64,000 nucleotides of DNA from a candidate division WWE3 bacterium (GTDB lineage Bacteria; Patescibacteriota; WWE3; UBA101185; UBA10185): positions 174,775-238,774 of the forward strand of contig JACPGI010000004.1 in NCBI GenBank assembly GCA_016182565.1. The letters run 5' to 3'. Below are positions 47,710-57,602 of this stretch, piece by piece; the first letter of the stretch is position 1; each line of letters begins with the position of its first letter. The translations under genes and the position numbers were made by a program. Below the pieces are notes generated by a model. That model was not told the DNA's origin, did no database searches, and was given only the letters and a program-made list of their open reading frames with translations.

Positions 47710-48255
47710 TTATTTTACTTTCCCAGTACCTTTCTTGACAACTTTTATCTTTTTGTTTGGTTCAGTGGCTTTTTTAGATTCCTCATTGGTTTTTTCTTTG
47801 GCAGAAGCGTCAACTGAAGATTTTTTTGTAGTCTTGGTAGGTGATTTTGCGGTTTTTTCACTCATTTTAGTAGTTTTTTCTGTTTTTGGGTTTGCATCAA
47901 CTTTCTCAGATTTTACCTTTGTCTTAGCCTCAGCTTCAAATTTGGCTAATTCTTCAGATGTACCAAAAGAAACGATTTTAACCCTAGTCAGGGGCTGTAC
48001 ATGGCCATATACTCTTCTATGTCTGGATTTAGATCTAAATCTGGCAACTCTTATCTTTCTTGCTCGCTCTTCTCCTAAATTCTCGGCCATTACCTTAATA
48101 TCAGTCAAAAACGGCTCACCTACTAAGTATTTTTTACCATCAGAATAAAAGAGAACGTCGATATCAAGCTTTTCTTGCCTTTCAAGTGTAAAAATGTCTC
48201 CTTCAGAGACTATAAATTGTTTTGCACCTAATTTTATTATTGCGTATTTTTCCAT
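47710..48255 (-). CDS. rplU: 50S ribosomal protein L21 with Lys-rich C-terminal extension
   Basis: YAIIKLGAKQF.VSEGD, KSRHRRVYGHVQP; upstream of rpmA. Confidence 0.95.
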   Translation of the reverse strand: MEKYAIIKLGAKQFIVSEGDIFTLERQEKLDIDVLFYSDGKKYLVGEPFLTDIKVMAENLGEERARKIRVARFRSKSRHRRVYGHVQPLTRVKIVSFGTSEELAKFEAEAKTKVKSEKVDANPKTEKTTKMSEKTAKSPTKTTKKSSVDASAKEKTNEESKKATEPNKKIKVVKKGTGKVK

Positions 48256-48356
48256 ATAATATCGGGATAAATCCCGGTTCCTTTACGTCATTGAGATCTT
48301 ACTATAAATCCATTGGTCTGGCAAGATATGTACGAGACTGGGTACAAAGGTGGGCG

Positions 48357-48665
48357 TTAAAAGAATTCTAAGACATTCAACTTTTCAATTAACCCCATAG
48401 AGTCGTCCCCCGCTACCCTATTTTTCCTTATTTCTTGGCATTTTTGACACTGATGCACTAAAACCTCCTCACCGTCCGGTTTATATATTTTTCCTATTGG
48501 TGCCATAGGGCCTCGGCAAGCTGATTTACGATCACCAATTCTTACATCAACATGTGCGGAGTAAAGACAAAATGGACAATGATTGCGGTTTTTAGTACCC
48601 CAAGCCTGCAAACTTACAGTTTTGCTGCAATTTATGCACTTGAAGCTACCAGTGTTAATTTGCAT
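48357..48665 (-). CDS. RNHCP domain protein
   Basis: FKCINC, RNHCPFCLYSAHVD, GDR, CRG.M, HQCQKC. Confidence 0.93.
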   Translation of the reverse strand: MQINTGSFKCINCSKTVSLQAWGTKNRNHCPFCLYSAHVDVRIGDRKSACRGPMAPIGKIYKPDGEEVLVHQCQKCQEIRKNRVAGDDSMGLIEKLNVLEFF

Positions 48666-48734
48666 ATTTGATAGAAAACATAAAAGTAAGTTCTTAGAAA
48701 AAACTATGTATCAAGCCCTAAAACTTTTTCTTTA

Positions 48735-50084
48735 TTAGTTTACCTGAGCAGTACCTGCAATTATTAAAGTATCATAAGTCAAATTTGCATCTAATTCCTT
48801 ACCAATCTCAACTTTTGTAAATTTCTTGTTTAAATCAGATACAACTAGATCCTTGTATATGGAATTTGCGCTCTTAAATCTTATAAGTACAGCCTCCCTG
48901 TTGGACTCCTCAGCATCTCCTATTGCTACTACCTCGTAACCTAAGTTAGTTAAATAATCCCTAGTTCTTCCAGCAAGTCCGGCTATGCTTGTACCATTTT
49001 CTACTCGAATTTTAAGATAAGCTCTTTTTAATTCCGGCTTTTCGACACTGATTTCAGTAGGTTTTGCAGTAGGTGATGCCTCAACTGTGCTTTGAGAAGT
49101 ATTTTCTTTAGTTTCACTTAGAACACTTGATTCTGAGGCTGGAGCTTGGGCGAGATTATTTTGAAAGTTTTTCAAATATTTAGGTCCAAACGCCACCCCA
49201 CCTAGCACAAGAAGAGCTGCTGTAACCGCCCCCACATAAACTAAAGAATTTGAACGTTGTTTTACAGGCAGTGGGAGCAGATTCAACAAATTAGTCTGGC
49301 TTTCAAGAAGTTCTTGGTTTGCTTTGGCTAAGAAAATAAGGTTTGGATTTGTAAATGAAAGTTGTGTCACCTCAAAATCATCACCAAAAGTAAGGCCTGG
49401 CATATTCATAGAATAAATCTTTTTTATTGGTTTGGATCTCTCATACACCGAAAGTTTTTTTACAAGATCTGTAAGACCGTGAATATCTGTACTGTCTTTT
49501 ATTGACCCTATATGATAGATGCCATTTAATTCAGAAAGTACAAGCCCCACTCTGTCTTCGCTTGCCACAATAAAAATCTCAGGTTCGCCGGTATTTGTCA
49601 TTAATGATGGCAGAAGCATACCCCAAGGAACTATAGAGGCTAAAGAAAGACCTAAATTTGAGGAAACTTCAAGTAAACTCTCAATAATTTCTTTTTTTAC
49701 GGCCAAAAATTGATAAACGAATGGCGCAATTTTAAGCGCTGAAACAAAGGTGTCTTGCGCGTTAAGTTCCAAGTCAGTCAGTTTTTTTGAAATCTCTGCC
49801 TCTATAAAATCCTGCTCAGAGATAGATTCATTTTTATTGCTTAAAATAAATTTTGGATAAAAATCAGGTAAATCAATCAAAAAATGCAGGACTTGCTTTG
49901 GGGCTTTGCTCCCATAATTTTCAAAAATAAGCTGGCCTATAATTTCTGAGAGGGCTTTTGGATCTAAAATCTTAGAACCAAGCAATATATCATCTGAGAC
50001 TTTTTTTTCAAAAACGGTATCAGGAATAATTTGAGAGGAAATCCTAACAATACTGTTTGCTAAAAATATTACATAACCATTCAT
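48735..50084 (-). CDS. Bitopic protein: cytoplasmic N-domain (weakly PilM/actin-like), TM, LytR C-terminal domain
   Basis: C-terminal IRVENGTSIAGLA......L...GY....GDA...IIAG matches the LytR_C pattern. Confidence 0.75.
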   Translation of the reverse strand: MNGYVIFLANSIVRISSQIIPDTVFEKKVSDDILLGSKILDPKALSEIIGQLIFENYGSKAPKQVLHFLIDLPDFYPKFILSNKNESISEQDFIEAEISKKLTDLELNAQDTFVSALKIAPFVYQFLAVKKEIIESLLEVSSNLGLSLASIVPWGMLLPSLMTNTGEPEIFIVASEDRVGLVLSELNGIYHIGSIKDSTDIHGLTDLVKKLSVYERSKPIKKIYSMNMPGLTFGDDFEVTQLSFTNPNLIFLAKANQELLESQTNLLNLLPLPVKQRSNSLVYVGAVTAALLVLGGVAFGPKYLKNFQNNLAQAPASESSVLSETKENTSQSTVEASPTAKPTEISVEKPELKRAYLKIRVENGTSIAGLAGRTRDYLTNLGYEVVAIGDAEESNREAVLIRFKSANSIYKDLVVSDLNKKFTKVEIGKELDANLTYDTLIIAGTAQVN

Positions 50085-50099
50085 AGAAAATAATATAGC

Positions 50100-51161
50100 T
50101 TAATTAGCCTTATTTATCCAGACTGAATGCACAATCCCAAGAAGAATCATTGAAGTTAAAAGAGAACTCCCACCATACGATACCAAAGCAAGAGGAATTC
50201 CGGTTACTGGCATAAGTCCTAAATTCATCCCAATATTTATAAAAAACTGTGCAAAAAAAATAATAAATACACCCATTGCAAGAAAACTTCCAAAAGCGTC
50301 AGTTGCTTTAAGGGAGATGTACAATATAACCCCAAGTAGAGTTACATAAAGTGTTACTAAGCCCAAAACCCCTATAAATCCCCATTCTTCAGAAAAAGCT
50401 GCAAAGATAAAATCTGTCCAATAGATAGGCAAAAACTGAAGGTGAGACTGCGTGCCTCTACCAAATCCCCTACCATAAATTTGACCGGATCCTACAGCAA
50501 TCATAGACTGAATTACATTGTACCCGGCGCCAAGTGTATCAAGTGTCGGGTTTAGAAAAACCAAGATTCTTTGCTTTTGATAATCTTTAAGAAGTTGCCA
50601 TACCGGTTGAGAAAAAACCCCTACAACTAAAAAGGCAACTAAGTAATATAGTTTATTTAACCCCGCATACCAAAATATTCCAGCACTTACAAACAAAAGT
50701 ATCATGGAAGTTCCTAAATCGGGCTGTAAAAACACTAACAAAAAAAATGGCAATGTAACCAGAAATATAAAACCTAATTTTTTAAAGTTATAAATGCTTT
50801 CTTTATCCCTAGCAATTAAATGAGAAATTATTATTACAACAGCTATCTTTGCAAACTCGGATGGTTGCAAATGAAAAGCCCCAAGATCAAGCCAGCGGGT
50901 GGAGCCTAAAATTTCCTTGCCTATTACCACAACTGTAATAAGAAGTCCTATTGTGACGCCAAATATGGCCTTCCATAGATGTCCAAGCATTTTGTAATCA
51001 AAAAGGGACATTACCCAAAATACAATGTAGCCGACTAGGAAAAAAACTATCTGACTTGTAGATAAATCGGGATGAGTTGAAATAAGTGTGGTTTCACCAA
51101 GTGAAAAAATCAGTATAGGTAAGATAGCAAGAAACCAATTAATTTTCTTTTTTGATTGCAT
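50100..51161 (-). CDS. rodA: SEDS peptidoglycan glycosyltransferase RodA
   Basis: GSTRW, QPSEFAK, QPDLGT, YQKQRI..FL.P..D.LGAGY, TDFIF, PVTGIPL..VSYGGSS. Confidence 0.93.
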   Translation of the reverse strand: MQSKKKINWFLAILPILIFSLGETTLISTHPDLSTSQIVFFLVGYIVFWVMSLFDYKMLGHLWKAIFGVTIGLLITVVVIGKEILGSTRWLDLGAFHLQPSEFAKIAVVIIISHLIARDKESIYNFKKLGFIFLVTLPFFLLVFLQPDLGTSMILLFVSAGIFWYAGLNKLYYLVAFLVVGVFSQPVWQLLKDYQKQRILVFLNPTLDTLGAGYNVIQSMIAVGSGQIYGRGFGRGTQSHLQFLPIYWTDFIFAAFSEEWGFIGVLGLVTLYVTLLGVILYISLKATDAFGSFLAMGVFIIFFAQFFINIGMNLGLMPVTGIPLALVSYGGSSLLTSMILLGIVHSVWINKAN

Positions 51162-53979
51162 AATCCAAACCTGCTGTTAGAGAAATAGCCCCGACTGCGG
51201 CCTTGATTGATTCTTCAAATTTCAAAATAACATTTACTATTTCGGGCTTATTAGGATAAGTCACTTCTATAACATCTCCTACCTGTAAGCCCTCATTTTT
51301 TCGAAGACTTTGAATTGTTCTTATTATTTCCCTTAGTACTCTTTCTGATTCAAGCTCTTTGGAAACTTCGGTGTTTAATATGGTAAGTGGTACTTGTAAA
51401 GCGTTAAACTCGATATCTTTAACATTAACCTCATCTTTTACTATATCCTCGAAGTTAACCTTAATCTTTGAGCTAAAAGATTGTAGGGGTTGTCTTACTG
51501 GAATAGCGCTTACAACTCTTTGGGCTAAAGCTGCTGTTACAACCTCCCTGTCACTTTTCATCATCTCAACCAAAGATTCGTTTTGTTCAATGTAAGATGA
51601 ATCAGCTGTAGGATAAAAATCTAAATGCACCGATTCGAGCAAAGAATCATCATATGCCTTAAGGGACAGGTAAATTTTTTCGGTAAGAAATGGTATGAGA
51701 GGGGCTGAAGTTTTTGAAAATTGCAAAAGCACAAAATAAAGGGTGCTTAGCGCATCCACGTCTCCGTTTGAAATACGATCTCTTGATCTTCGGACATACC
51801 ATCTTGACAGATCATCCACAAAATCCTCAATAACTTTTACAGCAGATGGTACAGTATAATTTTCAATATACATAGAAAAATCTCGAATAGCCTCGTTTAA
51901 TCTTACTATTACCCATTGGTCTAAAACATTTTTACTTGTTGGGGTTTTTCCGCTTTGTAGATTTGTTGCTTTCCAGTTAAATTGGTCGGCATAAATCTTA
52001 AAAAAGTTTAAGGAATTTAACAGTGGGTTTAGCACGTTTCTTGATTTTGTCTTAAGTTCTATCTCGTCGAAATTAGCATTTTCCCCAATCATTAAAGGAG
52101 AAGCCATAAGATACAGTCGTAGGGCATCACCGCCAATTTTTTCAAGAAGTTCCTTTGGATCAGCGTAATTTCCATAAGTCTTACTCATCTTTCGGCCATC
52201 ATTACCAGCCATTGTGCCTGTAGCTATGACATTTTTAAATGAACTTTTACCAAAAATCGCCGTAGAAAGTCTATGCATCACATTAAACCAAGCCCTCACT
52301 TGCGCGATATATTCGACAATATAATCACCGGGAAAGTTCTCTTCAAATTTCTTAGTGTTCTCAAAAGGATAATGAAACTGAGCAAAGGGCATAGATCCGG
52401 CTTCAAACCAAGAGTCTAAAACCTCCTCTCGTCTTGTGTAGACTTTACCGCCTTTATTGATGACTATTTCGTCAATAAATGGTCGATGTAAATCAATTAC
52501 TTTCTGTCCGGAAAGCTTTTCTAACTCAGCAATTGATCCTACAACAATCCTATCCCCATCTTCGGCTTCCCATACTGGCATTGGAGTTGCCCAAAAACGT
52601 GTTCTTGAAATACACCAATCAGGAGAATTTTCGATGATTTGTTGAAACTGACCATCTTTTATATGTGATGGTACCCAATTTATAGTTTCATTGTTTTTGA
52701 GCATTTCGGGCTTTAAAGCTTGAACATTTATAAACCAAGAACTTTGGGCTCTGTGGATAAGCAAAGTGTCGCATCTATCATGGAATGGAAATCTGTGGGT
52801 GATTACAGAATCTTTAAACATGTTACCCTTTATCGTTAAATCTTCGCGGATAAACTTATTAGCTTTTTTGTAAAACATTTTCTCCCAAGGATTTGCGTTT
52901 TTGTCCCCCGGCTTAAAGTTTCCCTCATCATCAATTGCCATAGTCATAGAAAGACCATAGTGCTGTCCCATGTCAGTATCAATTTCTCCAAAACCCGGAG
53001 CGCTATGTACTATCCCAGTCCCCTCTTCCATGGTAACCATACCGGTGTAAGAATAACCTCTAAAATCTTTTTCATTTGAAATATAGATATCGTATAAAGG
53101 CTCATAAGAAAGTCCTACCAAATCCAAACCTTTAATTTCTTTTAGCACTTTTGCATTTTGAGAAAAATATAGACCAAATCTGTCTTTAGCAATTATGTAG
53201 TTAAAAGAGCCATCCTCTACTAGAAAATAAGTTGAGGACTCATCCACTACAAGAGCTCTATTTGAAGGTAAGGTCCAAGGAGTTGTAGTCCAAGCCAAAA
53301 TATAGGAATCTTTAAAAACACCTTCTGTTGTAACTTTAAATTTTATTGTAACTGCAGGATCTTCCACGTCTTTGTAGGAATTATCCATTGCAATCTCAAA
53401 GTTCGAAACGGGAGTTCCACAAGTTGGACAGTACAATGAAGTTCTCACACCTTCATAGATAAGTCCCTTGTCGTATAGCTGCTTAAATGCCCAAATGACA
53501 GACTCCATATATGTCTTATCAATTGTTTTGTAAGCATGTTCCATGTCCACCCATCGACCTATTTTGTCTATGTACCACTGCCACTCAGCTGATATTTCGG
53601 AAGTATATGTGTAACACTCTTTTGTAAATTTTTCCAAGCCAAAACTCAAAATATCACGTCTATTTTTTATGTCTAATTTTTTTTGAACTTTGTTTTCTAC
53701 AGTTAAGCCATGAGCATCCCATCCCCATATTCTCTCTACCCTTTTGCCCTTCATAGTGAAATATCTTGGAATAAGATCTTTAGCAATCGATCCTAGTAAA
53801 TGCCCATAATGGGGAAGTCCTGAAATAAATGGTGGGCCATCATAAAACACATATGAATTTTTTGGGTCTCGCTGAGTTACTGATTTCTCAAAGATTTTAT
53901 TTCTTCTCCAAAATTCCAACACCTCATTTTCAAGTTCCGGCATCGTTTTGTTTGTAGGTGTATTTAAAGATTTGTCCAT
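51139..53979 (-). CDS. ileS: Isoleucyl-tRNA synthetase (IleRS2-type)
   Basis: FYDGPPF..GLPHYGH, GWDAHG, WTTTPWTLP, GTGIVH.APGFG, DWCISR, KMSKT, SRWYVRRSR; no C-terminal Zn finger. Confidence 0.97.
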   Translation of the reverse strand: MDKSLNTPTNKTMPELENEVLEFWRRNKIFEKSVTQRDPKNSYVFYDGPPFISGLPHYGHLLGSIAKDLIPRYFTMKGKRVERIWGWDAHGLTVENKVQKKLDIKNRRDILSFGLEKFTKECYTYTSEISAEWQWYIDKIGRWVDMEHAYKTIDKTYMESVIWAFKQLYDKGLIYEGVRTSLYCPTCGTPVSNFEIAMDNSYKDVEDPAVTIKFKVTTEGVFKDSYILAWTTTPWTLPSNRALVVDESSTYFLVEDGSFNYIIAKDRFGLYFSQNAKVLKEIKGLDLVGLSYEPLYDIYISNEKDFRGYSYTGMVTMEEGTGIVHSAPGFGEIDTDMGQHYGLSMTMAIDDEGNFKPGDKNANPWEKMFYKKANKFIREDLTIKGNMFKDSVITHRFPFHDRCDTLLIHRAQSSWFINVQALKPEMLKNNETINWVPSHIKDGQFQQIIENSPDWCISRTRFWATPMPVWEAEDGDRIVVGSIAELEKLSGQKVIDLHRPFIDEIVINKGGKVYTRREEVLDSWFEAGSMPFAQFHYPFENTKKFEENFPGDYIVEYIAQVRAWFNVMHRLSTAIFGKSSFKNVIATGTMAGNDGRKMSKTYGNYADPKELLEKIGGDALRLYLMASPLMIGENANFDEIELKTKSRNVLNPLLNSLNFFKIYADQFNWKATNLQSGKTPTSKNVLDQWVIVRLNEAIRDFSMYIENYTVPSAVKVIEDFVDDLSRWYVRRSRDRISNGDVDALSTLYFVLLQFSKTSAPLIPFLTEKIYLSLKAYDDSLLESVHLDFYPTADSSYIEQNESLVEMMKSDREVVTAALAQRVVSAIPVRQPLQSFSSKIKVNFEDIVKDEVNVKDIEFNALQVPLTILNTEVSKELESERVLREIIRTIQSLRKNEGLQVGDVIEVTYPNKPEIVNVILKFEESIKAAVGAISLTAGLDYAIKKEN

Positions 53980-54091
53980 ATTTATTTTAATTTATTTAAC
54001 TGAAAACAAAGCTAAAGTCATGGGGATATAGTAACACCTGCAGGTAATTGGGAAAACTCCTTTTAGTATAGGCTTAAGCTTAGCAACTGCC

Positions 54092-54211
54092 TTACTTTGT
54101 TGAATTACTGCCAAAAATACCAAAAATACCACCAATAACTCCACCTATTACGGCGTCGATTACGGCAACTATTGGGGCAATTATGGCACCAAATATGGCA
54201 TCTATTATCAT
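54092..54211 (-). CDS. Ile-rich leaderless uORF upstream of ileS (candidate leader peptide), not in the ORF track
   Basis: MIIDAIFGAIIAPIVAVIDAVIGGVIGGIFGIFGSNSTK*: 11 Ile of 39 codons; promoter TTTACA-17-TAATGT ends 6 nt before ATG. Confidence 0.75.
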   Translation of the reverse strand: MIIDAIFGAIIAPIVAVIDAVIGGVIGGIFGIFGSNSTK

Positions 54212-54217
54212 GCAGAC

Positions 54218-54246
54218 ACATTAGCACACAAGGAATTTTATGTAAA
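54218..54246 (-). promoter_or_regulatory. sigma70 promoter for the uORF/ileS leader
   Basis: TTTACA-17 nt-TAATGT with a TGn extended -10. Confidence 0.65.
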
Positions 54247-54281
54247 ATAGGAAATTTTGGCTAAATAAGAAAAATTACCAC

Positions 54282-54854
54282 TTAAACCTTACTTTCGGTG
54301 ACATTCCAAATTACATCTCTAACCCCGGCTAACTCATTTAGCTTTCTTGCCATAACAAAGAAAAAATCAGACATTCTATTTAAAAATTTTATGGCTTCTA
54401 GAAATTCCGGACATTCCTCTTTTAACTTGGAGCTTTCAAAAAAACTCACCAACTCCCTTTCGGCTCTTCTACAAACACTTCTACATAAATGACAAATTGC
54501 AGAAGACTCAGATCCACCCGGTAATATGAAATTGTTTAATGGGGTTAGTGAATTCTCAAGCTCATCAATAAGATTTTCTAATAATCTGGTTTTAGAAAAA
54601 AAGTCTAAATAAGCTTTGGGCTTCGTAGATGGATTTCCAACAAATGCTCCTAAAACTAAAAGATCATTTTGAAATCCCACTAAAACATCTCTTGCCTCAA
54701 CTGTAAATTTGCACGAGGCAATAAGTAGACCAACCCAACAATTTAATTCATCCAGGCTTCCTAAAACAGAAAATAACGGTTCAGACTTTTTCATTCGGTT
54801 TCCACCAAATGTACCTGTAGTTCCATTATCTCCTGTTCTAGTATAAATTGACAT
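54282..54854 (-). CDS. pduO: PduO-type ATP:cob(I)alamin adenosyltransferase
   Basis: SIYTRTGDNGTT, GSLDELN, FILPGG, R.VCRRAER, LNRMSD. Confidence 0.95.
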   Translation of the reverse strand: MSIYTRTGDNGTTGTFGGNRMKKSEPLFSVLGSLDELNCWVGLLIASCKFTVEARDVLVGFQNDLLVLGAFVGNPSTKPKAYLDFFSKTRLLENLIDELENSLTPLNNFILPGGSESSAICHLCRSVCRRAERELVSFFESSKLKEECPEFLEAIKFLNRMSDFFFVMARKLNELAGVRDVIWNVTESKV

Positions 54855-54860
54855 GTTTAG

Positions 54861-57446
54861 TTAGCATAAAGAAAATCCACATCCATAGCATTTTTGACAA
54901 CCTTCTTCTTTTACCAAAGTATGATTTCCACAATCAGGGCACATATCAGCAATTGCAAACGAAGAATATTTAGGCGTCTCTTTTGCTATTTGATTTTCGG
55001 GAGATTCTACTTTGGTAGTTCCGTTAATGTGGACTCGTAAGTTGAATTCTTCTGTAAAAACCTTTGCTAAAGCGTCCGGAATTGAAGTTACCTTATTTTG
55101 ACCAAATCCAACACTTCGTGAACCACCAATACCTACAAACTGAGAAACAATTTCCCTTACGGTATTAAGCGGATTTACGGAAGCCTGAAGCCAGCCGGAT
55201 AAAGCCCTCCCAAGTGCTTCTGATAAAGCAGCCACATCGCTTCCGGCTTTACCTACATTCATAAAAAGTTCTACAGGGTTTCCATCTATATCACGGTTTA
55301 GGGTTATATATGCTTTTCCTTGCGGAGTGGCCACTTTATACGTTGCCCCCATGAGTTTGTATTCTCTATCAGTAGAGCTTCCTCTTGTCACAGATGGCTC
55401 TGAGGAAGTTCTTGGAGTAACTAGCTTTTCAGATGCCACACTAGCGTCAGATATCTTTGCATCTTTGGTGGCTTTTGTTTCAAGAACAACTTCATCTCTA
55501 CTTCCAGTCACATACACGGTTAAACCCTTACAGCCTAATTCCCAACCCATTTTATATACCTTAGAAACATCTTCAGGTGTTGCACCGGCTGGGAAATTAC
55601 AAGTCTTTGAAATTGAGTTATCTATAAAAGCTTGGATAGATGCCTGCATCATGATGTGCTCCTCTGGTGTTATATCTGCAGAAACTACAAATGTGTTCTT
55701 CAACTCATCTGGAATACCTTTTATCTGCTGGCATGTGCCGGTATTTACAATCTCATCAACTATAGCTTTACGTTCATCTCCTATAATCCCCGCCTTGTCC
55801 AAAGCTTGAAGAAATGTGGGACTTACGTATGTAAGTGTTAAACCATTCTCGTCCATGGCAGCTTGATAAACATTTCTATAATAGGCAAGGGCAAAAACTG
55901 GTTCACAGCCATAGCCTTCAATGCCTGCAACAGTTGAGATGGTACCAGTTGGTGCAATTGTAGTTTGAGCGGCATTTCTAATACCATAAGTTTTGATGTC
56001 ACTTACTATCTCGTTCCAATCTAAAGAAGGTCTTTCAAAGTCCCTTCTGTATGGTCTAAGAGGTACTGGGGGAGTAAACGTAAAGTTTTCAGGATCATAC
56101 ATGCTTCCCTTAAAGGCCTTATATGTACCTCGCTCTTTTGCAAGCTCTATGGAAGTTTTCATAGAATGATATCTCATAAATTCTGCAACTTGCGCACTAA
56201 ATTCCTGACCAATCTCACTACCATACCTTATACCCACCTTATACATAACATCAGAAAGTCCCATAAAGCCAAGACCGATCCTTCTTGAATTGTCTGCAGC
56301 TTCTCGAAGCTGTGGTACCTCTGGAACAAAACCATTTGCAGTTACAACATTATCTAAAAATCTTGTAGACAAAACTATGCTTCTTCTAAACTCTTCCCAG
56401 TCAAATTTACCTCCCTTGGTAACATGCTCAGCAAGATTAATAGAACCTAAGCAACAGTTTTCGTAGGGCCCAAGCCATTGTTCACCACAAGGGTTTGTTG
56501 CTTTAAGATCATATAAGTGGGGCACAGGGTTTGATCTATTTGCAGCGTCCACAAATAAAACTCCAGGTTCACCATTTTTATGAGCATATTTTACAATCAT
56601 GTCATAAATCTCCCTTGCTCTTGGAGTTTCAGTAATTTGTTTGGTATGTGGGTCAATTAATTCATACGTCGTATCATCTTCTACAGCACGCATGAAAACA
56701 TCAGTAATAGCTATTGAGATATTAAAGTTTGCTACATGGCCTTCAGAAGATTTACATTTAATAAAATCCCTTACATCCGGATGATCCACACGAAGTACTG
56801 CCATATTTGCACCGCGTCTTACACCACCTTGGGCAATAACTCCAAATGCAGCATCATAAACTTCCAAAAAACCTACAGGGCCTGTTGCCTTTCCACCACT
56901 TCTTGAAACATAAGACCCCTTTGGTCTAAGATCAGAAAAAGAAAAACCATTCCCACCGCCGGTTTGTTGGATTAAAGCCGCATTTCTAAGAGTGGAAAAT
57001 ATCCCATCTTTACCTCTACCCATATCATCATCAATCGGGAGTACAAAACACGCTGCAAGCTGTCCCAATGGTGTACCCGCTCCTGTAAATGTCGGGGAAT
57101 TTGGAAAAAACTTTCTTGTAGTTAAAAGGTTATAAAATTCAATTTTGGAAAGTTCAACGTCACGGTACCCACTATCCGCTTGTGCAATAGCACTGGCTAT
57201 TCGGTCAAACATGCCTTCTATTGTTTCGCACGGTGTACCATCAGAATTTTTACGTAAATATCTTTTTTCAAGAATAGTCCTTGCATTATCAGACAATTCA
57301 ATTTTTTTGTTTTTTTCAGGGTAATTAGACAAGGCGGAACTTGCATTATCCCCTGACTTTAGAACGGAAGAATCATCCGCTGGTTCTAACCATTTCATAT
57401 AGGCAGAAGATTTAACGAGGCAACAAGCTTCCACTGCCGGAAACAA
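54861..57446 (-). CDS. nrdJ: Class II adenosylcobalamin-dependent ribonucleotide reductase (start uncertain; ATG 57398 possible)
   Basis: [51 protein letters not shown]-terminal TSCPD-like domain and CPDC...EGCQKC. Confidence 0.96.
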   Translation of the reverse strand: MFPAVEACCLVKSSAYMKWLEPADDSSVLKSGDNASSALSNYPEKNKKIELSDNARTILEKRYLRKNSDGTPCETIEGMFDRIASAIAQADSGYRDVELSKIEFYNLLTTRKFFPNSPTFTGAGTPLGQLAACFVLPIDDDMGRGKDGIFSTLRNAALIQQTGGGNGFSFSDLRPKGSYVSRSGGKATGPVGFLEVYDAAFGVIAQGGVRRGANMAVLRVDHPDVRDFIKCKSSEGHVANFNISIAITDVFMRAVEDDTTYELIDPHTKQITETPRAREIYDMIVKYAHKNGEPGVLFVDAANRSNPVPHLYDLKATNPCGEQWLGPYENCCLGSINLAEHVTKGGKFDWEEFRRSIVLSTRFLDNVVTANGFVPEVPQLREAADNSRRIGLGFMGLSDVMYKVGIRYGSEIGQEFSAQVAEFMRYHSMKTSIELAKERGTYKAFKGSMYDPENFTFTPPVPLRPYRRDFERPSLDWNEIVSDIKTYGIRNAAQTTIAPTGTISTVAGIEGYGCEPVFALAYYRNVYQAAMDENGLTLTYVSPTFLQALDKAGIIGDERKAIVDEIVNTGTCQQIKGIPDELKNTFVVSADITPEEHIMMQASIQAFIDNSISKTCNFPAGATPEDVSKVYKMGWELGCKGLTVYVTGSRDEVVLETKATKDAKISDASVASEKLVTPRTSSEPSVTRGSSTDREYKLMGATYKVATPQGKAYITLNRDIDGNPVELFMNVGKAGSDVAALSEALGRALSGWLQASVNPLNTVREIVSQFVGIGGSRSVGFGQNKVTSIPDALAKVFTEEFNLRVHINGTTKVESPENQIAKETPKYSSFAIADMCPDCGNHTLVKEEGCQKCYGCGFSLC

Positions 57447-57602
57447 GATTATCGTCTCGCAAAATCTAGATTATAAATATTTACTTAGTACTTTGCTAAT
57501 ATTGCAGATTAACTGTTAGCAAACAATAGCTTTTATGTGCTGAAATTGAGTACAAATATTTGGGAACAATGCAATAAGATAATAAACCAATTTAAAAATT
57601 TG

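Noticed and set aside
53980-54281. T-box riboswitch upstream of ileS
   Set aside because: No AGGGTGGNACCGCG T-box sequence, GA/AGUA stem I motifs or terminator recognisable; the region is occupied by the Ile-rich ORF.
57447-57602. Cobalamin riboswitch or NrdR box upstream of nrdJ
   Set aside because: No B12-box elements seen; the CAAATATTTG palindrome does not fit the NrdR consensus centre convincingly.
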